A DNA stretch of 64,000 bases from Isurus oxyrinchus (Eukaryota), in assembly GCA_026770705.1 (NCBI GenBank), contig JANJGN010000021.1:98394001-98458000 (forward strand), given 5' to 3'. The position numbers and the translations under genes were made by a program. Below are positions 1-13,900 of this stretch, piece by piece; the first letter of the stretch is position 1, and every line of letters starts with the position of its first letter. The notes below the pieces were generated by a model. It was not told the DNA's origin and made no database searches. It worked only from the letters and a program-made list of their open reading frames with translations.

Positions 1-1059
1 TTTATTGCTTGTGTTCTCTTTTGGTGTTATTCTTGCCTACTATGTTTTACTATGTTATGTTTTACAACATTAAAAAAGTCATTTTTTACTCGGATTGCTC
101 GGACACAAGGCACAAATATATGTTTCGACAAGTTGCAGCCACCTTTTAGTAATATGATTTCATTTACTAAATTCGCGATTATTTTAGCCTATACAAAATA
201 TGATGTAAGTATAATCTGCAATCATACAATCCTCCGCGATGCATAAATGTGAAAGTAAAACGGAGCGTGTAACACTGCAGGTGTAAGTTAGGGTTGGAGC
301 CTGTTTGGGTGACAATGTCCAGACAAGACGGCCACATGAGAAACAGCTACTATTATTTGAAATGTATATCCAAAGACTGCGAACACAAAAGGGCCTTAAG
401 AGGAAGAAATAGATGAAGCAGAAGACCACTGACCTGCACCAAAAATAAGATTCTGCTCAAAGATGTAGTGGCGAAATTTCGTTGAGGAATAATTTCGCCA
501 GGTGTACAAAGCAGAAAATTATTGGCAGCACATAAGACAAGTCACCAGAAAATATTTGACGATTTTCAGGAACTGCTGTTCCAGGCGCGGTTTCTGGTAG
601 CTTATCTGCCGTACATGTGCAGAGATTGGCGAGGGGAGCTGTGCTTCGTGCGAATATTGCAGTTAAAGGCCACTTGAATGGGGAAACAATCTGGAAAACC
701 TGTCAGTGCCTAAGTGTTAACTCATATACACCACATCTCCTTTTAGGTTCTTTATGATGTGGATAAGGCCTTGCCCTCAGCCTCTTTTGAGTCTTGTGGA
801 AGCAATGTTTCAGCAAAAAATATGCATCGTGCAGCAGGCAGCCAACATTGTGGGCTCCTCAGCGAAATCCTATCCCTAAGTCCTACAGGGCCTGTACAGG
901 TGTCTGACCTGTTACTGTCGCATTTTGCTCCATAATGAAACTGAAAATCGCATGGATCTCTTTAAACCGTCTTTTACAGGCCGTTGTTTTTTTGTCTGGA
1001 ACTCCACAGATCATCGGTGAAGCGGTTAACACTGATCTCCCTGAATCCGGATCTACATG

Positions 1060-1290
1060 TTTAGAATCAGAGAAAGTTATGGCCCAGAAAGAGACCATTC
1101 AGCCCATCGTCACTGCGAAGGCTGAAAAAAAACACTAGGCGCCAATTCTAATCCCACCTTCCAGCACCCGGTCTGTAGCCTTGCAGGTTACAGTGCTTCA
1201 GAGCAGATCCAGGTACTTTTTAAATGAGTTGAGGGTTTCTGCCTCAACCACCAATCCGCGCAGTGAATTACAGAAACCAAACACCTCTTT
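1060..1290 (-). mobile_element. CR1 LINE 3' end fragment
   Basis: Same sequence type as the CR1 3' ends at 50285 and 54615 (AGAAAGTTA..GCCATTCAGCCCATCG..CTAATCCCACCTTCC). Confidence 0.7.
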
Positions 1291-1379
1291 GGCTCTGGGA
1301 TATTTAAAGCACGTGGAGTTGCATCAATATGACGGAATTATGGCAGATTCCTGTACATAGCCAGTTTATGACATTATGT

Positions 1380-2880
1380 TGGGGAAGGCAGTGTGGTTGG
1401 CCTTCAAGTTCCCTCCGCAATGACCTGGCAAGCCACACATTTGTATCAAATAGGTGTGGAAATCATGATACAAGCAAGACTTGGCCAGCAACAGTCTGGT
1501 TTAGACATACTCGGCGAAATATACCCTTCATCCAATGCCTCACACCCCACTGACGTGAACCCCATGTATGTTTTGCCACACCAACAGGACTACCCTACAG
1601 GCATGACAGCACCATCGTCTGCAGTTGGCCTGGAATAGCTCTGGGAGTCCTCAAGATTGACTCCATATTCCATGAGGTTTTATGGAATCGTGTCAAACCT
1701 GGGCAAGGAAAGTTCCTGCTCGTTCCTGCTCTCCCACAGTTAATGAATGAGCACTCCTACATGTTGACCAAAATTTGAGAAAGGTACTGAGTTTGGCATG
1801 ACGTCGAATGTACAGCAACTGAGGACGTCAATTTTCAATGCTGTAAGTTGTTCAATATGGCCATTAATATAGAGAGAACCAGTCACCATGTTGGATAAAT
1901 CCTGAAGCGCAGAACTGACAGGCTGGGCCTAAAGCAGATGATAAGGGATCTAAAACGACAGGTAAATCTTATTGACCTCATTCACAGCAATCAAATGATG
2001 CGCTTGCCTCTGTCCATGACAACAGGGGTAGGTTCGCCCACCACACAGACCTTGTGGAAATGAAGTCCTGTCTTCAGGATGAGGACATATTCCATCGTGT
2101 AGAATGGCATCACCACTGTGCCAAATGGGATAGACTTATATCAGATCAAACAGATCGAAATTCGGCATCTATTCGCCGCATTAGGCAATCAGCAGCAGCA
2201 GAACTGGATTCAAGAACATACCCCGGTATAGCATGAAGAGAAAGCACCCATCCTGGTTAATGAGTAGCATGAAGGCAAATGGAAGGAACCGCTCCAAGTG
2301 TACTGAAAAATCATTTGCAAACCAGGTGATCCTGCAACACAGGGCTACATGCATGTGAAAGAGCGGAAACATCTTGCTCTAAATTGAGCCAAACAATCCC
2401 ACATCCAACTGTGAACGGTAGTGGAAAATTAAGTGACAGTCAGCGGGTGCTTCATTAACAGTCCCATCCTCAATGAAGCCCAGAAGTGAGTGCAAAAGAC
2501 AAAACTGAACACTTGCAACAATCCGCAGGCAGGTTTTGCAATTGGATTAGCCTCTTCCCAAGATCCCCGCCGAGGCAGAAAGCAATCTTCATCCAATTCA
2601 ATTCACCGCATCTGATAACAATGCATTTCTGACTTTGGATGTAACAAGGCAATGCCCACAACCAGCTGTAGTGCTGAAGAATTGTGTTCCAGCACTAACG
2701 ACACCTGTAGAGATGCTCTTCCAGTACATCTACAACACTTGGCACCTATGTGACAAAGTGGAACATTGCCTGGGAATGCCCTGCCCATAATAAAACAGGA
2801 CAAGTCCAACTATATCACCTTCAATGTCGCTAGGTCAAAATCCTGGAACTCTTATCCTAACAGTGCTGTGGGTGTACCCA
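1380..2880 (+). mobile_element. Degenerate, internally deleted CR1 LINE (endonuclease region joined to 3' tail)
   Basis: Decayed CR1 ORF2 sequence ends at CAGGACAAGTCCAAC and jumps to the tail GGTCAAAATCCTGGAACTC; colinear with 34335-35970. Confidence 0.65.
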
Positions 2881-3209
2881 GGGCCCGGGAGAGGGGATGC
2901 AAAAGGCATTATTCAACACGGCCATGCCTGTAGAAGGTGCAGGCTCATTATCCTGAAACTCGGGATACTCAGTGTCCAAAGCAGCCAATGCTCTGTGCAG
3001 GACATCTCGATTGTCAGCCTACTCACCTTATAATTGCTGTTGCTCTGAATAAGAGCAATCATCGGCTGACTAGCATGCGACAGTTCCCCCAATCGCTCCT
3101 CCCTTGTCTCATTTTATATCTCTTATGAGGGCTGTCCTGTCGAATCTTCACTTCAGACCCCAAGATAACGTAAAGAAATGCGCCGAGTGCCCCTACTCTA
3201 CCCACAGGA

Positions 3210-3792
3210 ATGTGAGTGAGATTATGGGAGTGGAAGATAGTGTGAGACTGAGAGAGAGTTTGAGAGTGAGAGTGCGTAAAAGTGAAAGTGTGAGAGTGAG
3301 AGAGGGTTTGAGAGTGAGAGTTGAGAGTGAGAGCTGTGAACTGTGAGAGAGCTGGGCGCGCGCGCACCAAACACACACAAACTTACACTTAGGCACACAC
3401 ACAGGCACATGCATACATACACACTCATACTTGCATACACCCACACAAACATACACAGATCCTGCTCGTTCCGGCAGCGCACATACATAAGCACAACACG
3501 CGCACGCACACAAACAAACACAGACGCACACATAAACACATACACACACACACACAAAAACACACAGACGCGCACATAAACACATAGACATAAACATACA
3601 CGCACGCACAAACACACAGGCGCACACAGAACAACATGCACACACATAAACATATGCACACAGACACAGAGGCTGCTTGTTGCGAGAGTACAAACACATA
3701 TACACACACACACACAAACACACACTGGCGCACACATAAACACACATACACAAACACACATAGAGACACAGAGGCTGCTTGTTACGAGACCG

Positions 3793-3823
<31 letters not shown>

Positions 3824-3825
3824 TC
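3210..3825. repeat. Compound (GAGT)n / (CA)n-rich simple repeat
   Basis: GA/GT-rich at 3210-3350, CA-rich at 3365-3825 with ACAGAGGCTGCTTGTT present twice; the ORFs here are CV/HT low-complexity artefacts. Confidence 0.95.
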
Positions 3826-4359
3826 TGTCCCTCCTCCTCCTCCCCTCCCTAAAACCCACCCACACTGGCTAAAAGACAATCTATTATTGACCCCAACTTT
3901 TATATGAATCCCACTGAGACCAGCTCCGAGTGTGCGTCCGCAGAGGCAAATGCAAGGTCAGTGTCAGATCAATCCAACCCTTAACTCGGCCTCGGTCCCC
4001 CTCCCCCTCCCCTGGCAATCAGAACTTGAATCTAAACTGTCTGTATCTCTCGCTCTGCTTCTTCATCAAAATGGCGAAAGGTTTATACTAGTTATTTCTC
4101 CGGCTTGCCACTTTTCATGGTCGTTTTCATTAACTACGTTTTTAAATTACCGATTTATTACTTTCGCATTGATCTTTTGCTCAATAATTTATATATGTTT
4201 TCTTCACACCGTAACTTTTTTTGGAAATTCATATTTGATATTGTGCCAGATCTCCGGCAGCTGCTGCTGGGTTTCTTGCTGAGTGGGAATGAGAGATTCA
4301 CGTGAAGTCTGATTGCTATTTGGTGGGCTGGAAGAAGCGTTTATTTTTTTGCTCCGACA

Positions 4360-4560
4360 GAAACGGGTGTTGGAAATGTTCAGCACGTCGGGGAGCATCT
4401 GTGCAGAGAGAAATAGAGGTCACACACTTTCTCAGAACTAGTTCCGATCATGGACCTGAAGCGTTGACTCTGTTTCTCTCTCCACAGAAGCTGCCTAGCC
4501 TGCTGAATATTCCTACCATTTTCGGTTTTATATTTCAGATTTCCAAGATCTGCAGTGCTT
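4360..4560. mobile_element. Palindromic mini-element made of Penelope-type 3' ends (MER6-like)
   Basis: Arms CAGCACGTCGGGGAGCATCTGTGCAGAGAG and CTCTCTCCACAGAAGCTGCCTAGCCTGCTG are imperfect reverse complements; same family as 35588-35816 and the termini at 40745 and 45170. Confidence 0.65.
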
Positions 4561-4581
4561 CCTATAATATGATCCAAATTG

Positions 4582-4920
4582 GGGAAGGCGGTGGCATAGT
4601 AGTGTGATCAGTAACTAGCATTCTGAAGACCCAGGGTAATGTTCTGGGATAAATGGCAGATGGTGAAATTTGAATTCAATAAAGATCTGGAATTATAAGT
4701 CTGATGACGACCGTGAAACCATTGTCGATTGCTGTAAAAACCCATCTAATTCACTAACGTACCTTTGGGGAAGGAAATCTGCCGCCTTTACCTGCTCTGG
4801 CCTCCATGCCCACAGCAATGTGGCTGACTCTTAAATTCCCTCTGAAGAGGGGCAATTAGGGCTAGGCAATAAATGCTGGCCTAGCCAGCAACGCCTACAC
4901 CTCATGAGCCAATTTTTAAA
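4582..4920 (+). mobile_element. tRNA-derived SINE with LINE-type tail (SacSINE1-like)
   Basis: GGTGGCATAGTAG A-box-like head, central GGAAGGAAATCTGCC..CACAGCAATGTGGCTGACTCTTAA, tail GGCAATAAATGCTGGCCTAGCCAG shared with LINE tails in the window. Confidence 0.7.
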
Positions 4921-5999
4921 AATGTAAGTGTGATTAGTTTCAACTTAAAATGAGAAAATATTCATCATCAATAAAAAGGTCACATTTTCGGTTAAAAAGC
5001 CCACTTGTGCGGGTAGAAATCGTACATTACTGCAGGCGAATTGGGTGGTGTTAATTTACTGGAAGGTATTGACATTTTAAAACTTGGAATTGAAACCAGG
5101 CGCCATGAGCCAAGCCAACATGTCACTACTAATTGAAGATATTTTCATTTATTTGTAGATAAATATGTTGGTTGCAATCCTTGTGAAGTTCAAGTCTTTT
5201 CGATGTTACTGCCGGGATATGGCATAAGGCCAGGTTCAAAGAAGCGGGGCTGGTTGCATAATTTGAACAATCAAGTTGTGTGTCATTGTCTGACAAAGCC
5301 ACAGTTACCAAATGTATCAGACTGAAATGTGAGCTTTCCATGGACTTTATTAATTGAGACAGAGGGTAAAAAGCCAATAAGTTTTGCTAAGCCTATATAA
5401 ACCAGTTCGGCCCCACTGTGACAATTGTCCCCAATTCTGGGCACCCGAAGGATTTGAGGGAAACGGCTAAATGGAGTGGTGGGAAGCCCAAGGGGCCCGG
5501 AAACCGGCAAAGCACCAAGGCCCATGATTTCTCTCTCTGGCCATGGATGTACCTACACCACATGGACTGCAGAGGTTCAAGAAGGCGGCTCACCACCACC
5601 ATCCAAGAACAATGACAGCTGGGCAATAAATGCTCACCTTGCCAGCGTCGCCCACATGCCATGTAACTGAATGTGGGTCTCCAATTCTCTGGAGAACTGG
5701 GAGAGGGACATAACGCCGATATCTCCCGTGACATTATGGCTAATTTTAAAAGCACCCTCACATACAACCAGGACTGCAGAAACACCATCGCCCATTTTGC
5801 ACTAATGCCCAAGAGCATTGCATTTCCGGGCCCATCTGCAGCCACGGAAAACACAGAAATAGCACCAGAACGCATCGTTGGAGTGTCAACTCTGTGCAAA
5901 CAAACCAGTCAGTTGCAATGCACTAAATCTTCTAGAATAACAATGTGATTTCTACCTGAAAAATTGCTGGAAGTTACTTTCAATATCTAAGGCTAGATT

Positions 6000-6220
6000 C
6001 AGTAATGGTGATCATGAACTTGGATTGTTGCCCAATTACCTGATTCACTTATGCCCCTTTGAGAGAGGAAATCCGTTGTCCTCACTCACTCGACGACACT
6101 CGGATCCACAGCAATGTGGCTGATTCTTAATGGCCCTCAGAGCCTACCAGGCCACACAGTTCAAGGGAAATTTGGGATGGGCTTTGCCAGAGACATCCAC
6201 ATCACAAGAAAGAATTTAAA
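6000..6220 (+). mobile_element. SINE fragment (same family as 4582-4920)
   Basis: GGAAATCC..CCACAGCAATGTGGCTGATTCTTAA..GGGAAATTTGGGATGG. Confidence 0.6.
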
Positions 6221-7459
6221 AACGAACGGGAAACCTCAACATGTAACTTCGAAGCGGGGTGTGTCAATGAGGCCACGAAGAGGGTACCCAGTGCACCCGA
6301 TCACAGGCGCATAGGATGGTAACCTTAAATCCTGATTTGAGCGGTCTTAACATGGAGTTGCCATAAGGGTAGAGACACTTAAACCGTAGTTTCAGGTTGG
6401 TCTCAGGTAATCTTAGGTTTGGTCTGAAAGGGAAATGGAAGAATACGGTGCAGTTGAAGAGATATTCACGTCCTAAAGTCCCTGGGCTCCCCGCAAATAT
6501 TGGGCGGGCTCCTGGTGAGGACAAGAGGGAGAGAAAGAGAGAGTTATTTAAGTAAACAATTGGCACTGGAAGAAAGAAGTCGTGGGTCACCTTTGCATTT
6601 TCAAGATAATCCTGGAGTACGAAGCAGATTTCATAGAGGAGAACATTGTGCTTGATGACGAATTAATCCCGCGCTAACCGGCCAAACAAGACTTGTACCA
6701 CGTATGTTTAAATCTAAGCCCCTTCTAATTCTGGAAGAGAAAATCAGGGGAATACAAAGGAAAAAGGATGAGGACCCGAAAGAGCAGTTGTTCCACGGGA
6801 GACAAGAGCATCAAAGATGATGATAAAATTGTAATTAAACAAACTGATAGTTGCAGATGCAACTGATAGTCGAACTCAAGATATTGAGCGGCGTTGAAGT
6901 GTTGGTTAAACCAATTTGTGGGAAGGTCTATTCCATGGGTGAAGATAGAAGGAAGAGGTGTAGAATGAAGAAGGATACTGAGACGGCGGCATTATACGAA
7001 GAAGTTATGAGAGATATTATTTCCTGTGATTGGGATGATAGGGGTGCAAAGGCCTTTCGAAATAGAAATGTTTAGCGGTGGCCTTGAATATGGGTAGTAG
7101 GGTTCCAATAGAAGCAGAGGGTGAAGAGCGGCAGGAGGGCAGCGAATTCAATGAATGAAGGGCAATGTGAGTTGAAATAAAACTTGAAATCAGAAAGGAT
7201 CCAAAGTTACTCGGTGCAGATGCTGAGGAGGGGGTGGCGGGGGCGGGGGGCGGTGGAGGTGGAGGGGCGGGTAGGGGTGGGGGTTGAAGCTGTGAGCATT
7301 CTAAATTATGAAGTAGGGTGTGTGCGGGTGTTAGAGAACGTGGACGTAAAAAGATAAGGGTGAACAAAATGAGCTGCTGAAAGATGCTGTGTCACATGAG
7401 TATGGAGAGAGATCAAGGTCAGATATTGTGAAGTTTGTACATAACAATCGAATATTCGA

Positions 7460-8330
7460 ACCTATCAGTCAGGAACAGGAGTAGGCCCTTCGGCCTCTCG
7501 ACCCTGCTCCGACATTGAATAAGGTCATGGCTGGTCTGATTCTGACCTCAACTCCACGTTCCGCCTATCCCCGATAAACCTTGTCTCCCTTGTTAGTCAG
7601 GAAACTATCTACAACCGCCGTAACAATAGTCATTGAAATTGCCTCCACCACTCTCTGGGGAAGAGAGTTCCAAGGATTCACGACCTCCTAAAAGAAAATC
7701 ATTAATTCCTCATTCTCTTTCTCCAGAGGAGGAATGCTCGTTCTATTTATTCTTTTCCATTTTAAACACCTGCAGAAACACTTATTTTCTGTTCTTATAC
7801 TTCTATCTAGCTTTCTTTCATACTCTAAATTCTCCCCACTTATTAATCATTTAGCAATTCTGTGCTTTACTTTATGTTCTGTCCAATCTTCTGAACTGCC
7901 ACTTATGTTTGTAGAATTAAATACTATTTTCTTTCAATTTGATACTATCTTTAATTGCCTTAGTTAGCCACGGAAGGAGCATCCTCCTCTTTGATGAGTT
8001 ATTTCTCTATGGAATGTATTTGTTTCTGAGTATTCTGAAATATGTCCTTAAATTTCCATCGCTGCATCTCTACTGAACTACCCGTTAATCTAATCTAATA
8101 GTTCACTTTGGCCACTTGTGTCTTCGTGCCCTCATTATTGCCCTTATCTCAGTTTAAAATATTAGCCTTAGATCCACTTGTCTCTCATTCAAACTAAATT
8201 GAATCATAATGATCTCTCGTAGCTAAGGACGACTTCACTATGAGGTTATGAATTAATCCTACCTCTGGTTGGTGCCAAAACGTGCTGCTCCAAGAAACTG
8301 TCCTGACAACATTCTAAAACCTCATCAACC
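7460..8330 (-). mobile_element. CR1 LINE fragments
   Basis: CR1 3' end AGGAACAGGAGTAGGCCCTTCGGCC, followed by decayed ORF2-like sequence. Confidence 0.55.
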
Positions 8331-8499
8331 AGGCTATATTTATCAATCATTTGTCTGCACCGGAGTGCTGCTTTGGGCTGTATTAAAATACTTGAGTTGG
8401 AGTTTGGTGAGAGAGAGGCTTTTAAGGATGTATTTATATTCGAATTCTAAATGATTTTTAATTTAGCATCTAACTAAAAGATGCTCTTTCGGTTGGGAG

Positions 8500-11400
8500 A
8501 AGGTGAGCTTTAGTCTAGCTTTAAAACTGAGGTTGTATCAGCTCTGCTTGCAGCTGCAGCTGGTGCATTAGTTAACTGGCTGAACCAGGTATTCAGAAGC
8601 TAGATTCAGGCAGCATAAAAGCAAGCCATCTACTGTGCTTTTGTCTGCTCTGGAGACCAGCTTTGGGCTGCGTTAGTGCCCTTCAGTTGGAGTCTGGTGA
8701 GAAAGTGAGTTCCGTGAAGAGGGAAGGAGGGATCCATTCATTTTCTACCATTCCTCCATAAAGAGAGTGGCAGCCTTGATAAGTAGGACCTGGTAAGTAT
8801 TTAACCTATCCTTAATATTCTCTGAACTAGAGGAAGTAAAATTAAAGGGAGTAATTTAAGATTAAGTCATGGCAGGACAGCTCAGCAAAGTGGAATGTTC
8901 CTCCTGTGCGATGTGGGATGTACAGGACTTTTCCACTGCCCAGGGCAACCATGTGTGCAGGAAGTAGCTCCAGCTGCAGTTACTTGAAATCGTGATTAGG
9001 AGCTGGAGCTGCTCTTGGACTCACTTTGGAGCACCCGCAAGGATGAGGTCTTCCTGGATATAACATACAGCGAGGTGGCCACACCACAAGTAAAGAGAGC
9101 ACAGGCAGAAAGTTTGGGTGACCTCCAGACAAAGTAAAGCACCAGGCAGGTTATGCAGGGGTCTGCTGGGTACATTTCCTTCTCCAAAAGGTTTTCCATT
9201 CTGGATACTGCTGGAGGAGATGGTTTCCCAAGGGAATGCAGCAAGAGTCAACTCCATCAGTGGCAACACAAGTGTCTCGGCTGCACGTGTGGGTGCAGCA
9301 GAGAGGGAGAGCATTGGCTGTTCAATCGTAGGGGGAGCAAATAGTAATTTCTGCGGCGCAGACGTGACACCAGGATTGTACTTGCCTCCCTGGTTCCAAG
9401 TTCAATGGTGTCACTGAGCAGGTGCAGCCCATTATGACGGAGTGGGTGTGAACAGCCACGAGTTGTGGTCCATGTTGGTACCAACGACATAGGTAAAATG
9501 AGGGATGATGTCCTGAAAGCAGAATATTGGGAGCTAGGAAATTAATTAAAAAGCAGGGCCTCAAAGGTAGTAATCTCAGGATAACTCCAAGTGCCACGTG
9601 CTCACGAGTTCAGGAATTGGTGAATAGATCAGGTGAATGTGCGGCTGGAGAGATGTTGTAAGATGGATAACTTTGGATTCCTGAGGCATTGGGACCAATT
9701 CTGGGGAGGGTGGGACCTGTACAAGCTGGGCAGCTTGCACCCCAGCAGAACCGGGACCAATATCCTCTTAGGGGCATTCCCTAGTACTGTGAGGTAGCGT
9801 TTGAAGTAGAATAGCACGGGATGGGAACCTGAGCGGGGAGACACAAGAGCGGGAAACTTTGATAGGAATGAAAAACAGAAAAGTAGAAAGCAAAAGTGGA
9901 AGGCAGAGGGAACAAGGACTATCAGCAAATTGGGGCTTATTACAAAAAAGATGTGTAAAAATGTTAAAAAGACAAGCTGACAGGCACGGTATCTGAAAGC
10001 ACGGAGCTTTCATTATACAGTAAATGAATTTAACAACACAAATAGGTGTTAAGAGGTAGGATATGATTGTGATTATGGAGACATGGTTGCAGGATGACCA
10101 AAACTGGGCACTGAATATCCAAGGGTACTCGATGTTGAGGACAGTTGTACAAAAACAAAATGGACGTCGCATGGCGTTGTTATTTAAGGATGAAATTAGT
10201 GCTATAGTGAGAGAGGATATTGGCTCAGAAAATCTAGAAAAAGAATTAGTCTGGGTGTAGCTAATAGGTAACAATGGATAGAAACATTAGTTGCCTATTG
10301 GCCTCCAAACAGTGGTAAAGTAGGGGATGGCATTAACGAGAAATTAGAGATGCATGTAACATGGATTCTACAGTAATCATGGGTGTCATCAATCTACATA
10401 TAGACTGGGCAAACAAAATTAGAAATAATACTGTGGTCGATGAAGCCCTGGAGTGTGTATGAGATTTCTTTTTAGGCCAGGAGGTCGAGGAACCTACCAG
10501 GGAACATGCTATCCTATATTTCTTATTGTGCAATGAGAAGGGTTTATCAATAATCTTGTGCGTGTCCTGGAGGGAACAGTGATCATAAAATTATACAATC
10601 CTTCATTCGGAAGGAAAGTGAAGTAGTATGATCTTTAACTAGGGTCCTAAATCTTTACAAAGGAAACTACAAAGGCATGAGGCATGAGTTGGCTAAGATA
10701 GATTGATGAACTTAATTAAAAGACATGCGGTGAATAAGCAATGGCTAATATTTAAGGAACAAACGTATGCGTTGCAAGAGTTATAGATTATTTTCTAGTG
10801 CAAAAGCAAAACATGAAAATTTGCCCAACCATGGCTTACAAAACAAATTAAGCTTAGTATTAGATCCAAAGAATATAAAGTTGGTTAAAAAAAAGTAACA
10901 AGCCTGATGATTGGCAGAAGTTTAGAATTCAGCATAAGAGGACCAAGAGATTGGTGAAGAGGGGGGGGAAATTGAGTATGAGGGTAAACCTGCAAGGAAC
11001 ATAAAAGCAAACTGTTACAGCTTCTATAAATATGTTTTTAAAAAAGCATAGTGAAGACAACTGTAGTTCCCTTACAATCCAAAGTGGGATAATTTATAAT
11101 AGAGACAAAGCAAATGGCAGAACAATTCAACAATTAATTTTGTTCTGTCTTCACAGAGGAAGACATAAATAGCTTCCCAGAAATACTAGGGAGCCAAGGG
11201 TCTCAAGAAGGGGGACTTGAAGGAAATTAGTATTATTAAAACGATAGTGCTGGAGAAATCAATAGAACTGAAAGCCAATAAATCCCCAGCGCCTGATAAT
11301 CTACATCACAGGGTGTTAAAGGAGGAAGCCACGGGAATAGTGGATGCATTGGTTGTCTTCTTCTAATGTTCTATAGATTCTGGAACTGTCCCGGCAGATT

Positions 11401-11820
11401 GGAGAGTGGCAAATGTAAACACACCATGTTAAAAAGACTGAAGAAGAAAACAGCAAATTGCAGACCGGTTAACCTAACCTCAGTAGTTGGCTAAATTATA
11501 TTATAAAGGATGTGATAACAGGATGCTTAGAAAATATCAACGGGATTCGACAAACTCGACATGGATTTATGAAAGGGAAATCATGTTTGACAAAGCTACT
11601 GGAGACTTTTAAGGACGTAACTAGCTGACTAGATAAGGGAGTGGATGTGGCGTATCTTCGATTTTCAGAAAACTTTTGATCAAGTCCCACATAGATGTTC
11701 GTGTGTAAAATTAAGGCAAAGGGGATTTGGGGTATTATATTGGGAGAGATTGAGAATTGGTTAGCAGACAGTAAAGAGAGAGTAGGAATAAATGGGCCTT
11801 TAGGTGACTAATGGGGTACT
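8500..11820 (+). mobile_element. Long decayed CR1 LINE: 5' UTR, ORF1 (Zn-finger + SGNH esterase), ORF2 (APE endonuclease + N-terminal RT)
   Basis: ATG at 8869 gives MAGQLSKVECSSCAMW; VVVHVGTNDI esterase motif ~9460-9490; ETWLQ endonuclease motif ~10078; GFMKGKSCLTKLLE RT motif ~11563; many stops and frameshifts. Confidence 0.85.
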
Positions 11821-12090
11821 GAAGCAGTCCATGTCCAAATGCAGCAAGACCTGGGCTCTGCCCAGGTTTGGGCTTACAAGTGACACATAACATTCACGCC
11901 ACACAAGTATCAGGCATTGGCCACCACCAACAAGAGAGAACCTAACTATTGCCCCATGTGCCTATACCACTTGGACTGCAGCGGTTTCAGAAGGCAGCTC
12001 ACAACCAACTTCTCAAGGGCAACGCGGAATAGGCAATAAATGCTGGCTGAGCCAGCGAAGCCCACATACCACAAATGAATAAAAAAGAAT
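11820..12090 (+). mobile_element. CR1 RT remnant and 3' tail of a second subfamily
   Basis: GCAGTCCATGTCCAAATGCAGCAAGACC matches 22773-22800; tail GGCAATAAATGCTGGC. Confidence 0.65.
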
Positions 12091-13269
12091 CTATTTTTGC
12101 TGTCAATTCATCTCGTTTGTTATGGATGCTACGTGCATTCAAACAAAGAGGCCTTCAATTCTTTATTTTTACCATTTTTGTAACCGATAGCCCTATCTGC
12201 TGGTGCACTTGGGCTTGTACACTCTGCCCCTTCTTGCCACGTTCTGATCATCATTTCCTTCATTTCCAGCTTGCTGTTTTGTATTATGCTCTCTATTTAA
12301 TTGATCATATCATCTCAAACTTGATCCCTCGCCTCCACTATTCAATTGCCCTGGTTAAATGACTCGCTGTAACATTGTCAGAGCGCGGTTCAGGTGAAGA
12401 GCATCCCAACGTTACAGTTCCCACTTTCCCCAATCCTGCTGCCCATGGCCCATGACTGGAAACCCATTTCACTCACATCAATATTTGAGCTGAGATTATA
12501 ACACTCTAATCTGATTTTTCCCCCGCCAAATTTGTTCCTGGGTCAGATTGTAATCCAAGGTTAGTGGAACCTTAAAGGTTCTGCTTTTTTATTTAGCCCC
12601 TAGCTGCTCATAGTGCCTCAGAACAATCCCTTCCCTCGTTCTACCCGTGTCCTTGGTCCCAATAAGATTGACATTTTGTTTATGGTTCATGACAGCAAGT
12701 TTGAAAGGGACCAGAACAGTGCCAAAGGGAACACAATTGGCAACATTAAGGGCTAACTTCAGGGCACGTCACGAAATTTCGCTAGTGGACAGTTTAGTTG
12801 AAAGGGGGCCGAAAGAGAAGGAGATGATCCCAAGAACATGACAACGTCGGAGGTGGCATAAAAGGAGAGAGGGGAGACACTATTGATATGAGTTCAAGGC
12901 TAGGTGCGGGTTGGGGCCACAGCGGACATTTGACCTGGTGTGACATGGAAATGGGAGAAGGTGGCTGAGATATTCTCGTCAAAAATAGTTCTGGGCGTCT
13001 CGCACTTATGTGAAATGCACAGGGTGGAGGCGTGAAAAAAGGAGCTGTTAAGCAGACCGTTGGCACGTGAAGAAAGAAGCAGTGGTTATCTTTGCATTCC
13101 AGGATGGTGCTGTAGCAGTCAGCAGATTCCACAGAAGAGACCATTGTGCCTGTTCAGAAAGCAACGCATTCTGTGTTCCAACTATATCTGGAGATCAATG
13201 GCAACATAAGCTTTGCACCAGATCTGTTTAGATCTGAGGCCTGTCTACTTCAGGGCGAGAGCATTGTGT

Positions 13270-13900
13270 TTTTTCATTCGTTCATGGAAAGTGGGCATCG
13301 CTGGCTAGTCCAGCATTTTTTATTCAGTCCCTAATTACCCTTGAGAAGGTGGTGCTGAGCCACCATCTTGAACCGCTGCAGTCCATGTGGTGTAGGTACA
13401 CACACAGTGCTGTTAGGGAGGGAGATCCAGGATTTTGACCCAGCAACAGTGAAGGAACGGCGGTATATTTCCAAGTCAGGATGGTGAGTGGCTTGAAGGG
13501 CATGTTGCGGATGGTGTTGTTCCCATGCATCTGCTGCCCTTGTCCTTCTGGGCTGTGGAGATCACGAGTTTCGAAGATCCTGTCGAAGGAGCCTTAGAAT
13601 GTTGCTGCGGTGCATCTGCTGCCTCTGTGCCTCGGTCGTGGAGTTAGTGGAAGTTGAAGGTGGTGGCTGAGGTGTCAATCAAGCAGGCTGCTTTGCCCTG
13701 AATGATATCAGAGTGTTGAATGTTCTTGGTGCTACACTCATCCAGGCAGGTATACAGCATTCCATCATACTCACTTGTGCGTTGTAGATAGTGGACAGGG
13801 GAGTGAAGGAATAAGTTACTCCCCGCCGAATTCCTAGGCTCTGCCCTTTTAACCATAGTGTTTATATGGCTGACCCAGTTAAGTTGCTGGTCAATTGCAA
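13270..13900 (-). mobile_element. CR1 3' portion
   Basis: Translation DQQLNWVSHIN..IQGKAACLI; tail CCCTAATTACCCTTGAGAAGGTGGTG. Confidence 0.8.

Noticed and set aside
3059-3879. Cys/Val-rich and His/Thr-rich ORFs up to 228 aa
   Set aside because: Translations of a CA/GT microsatellite.
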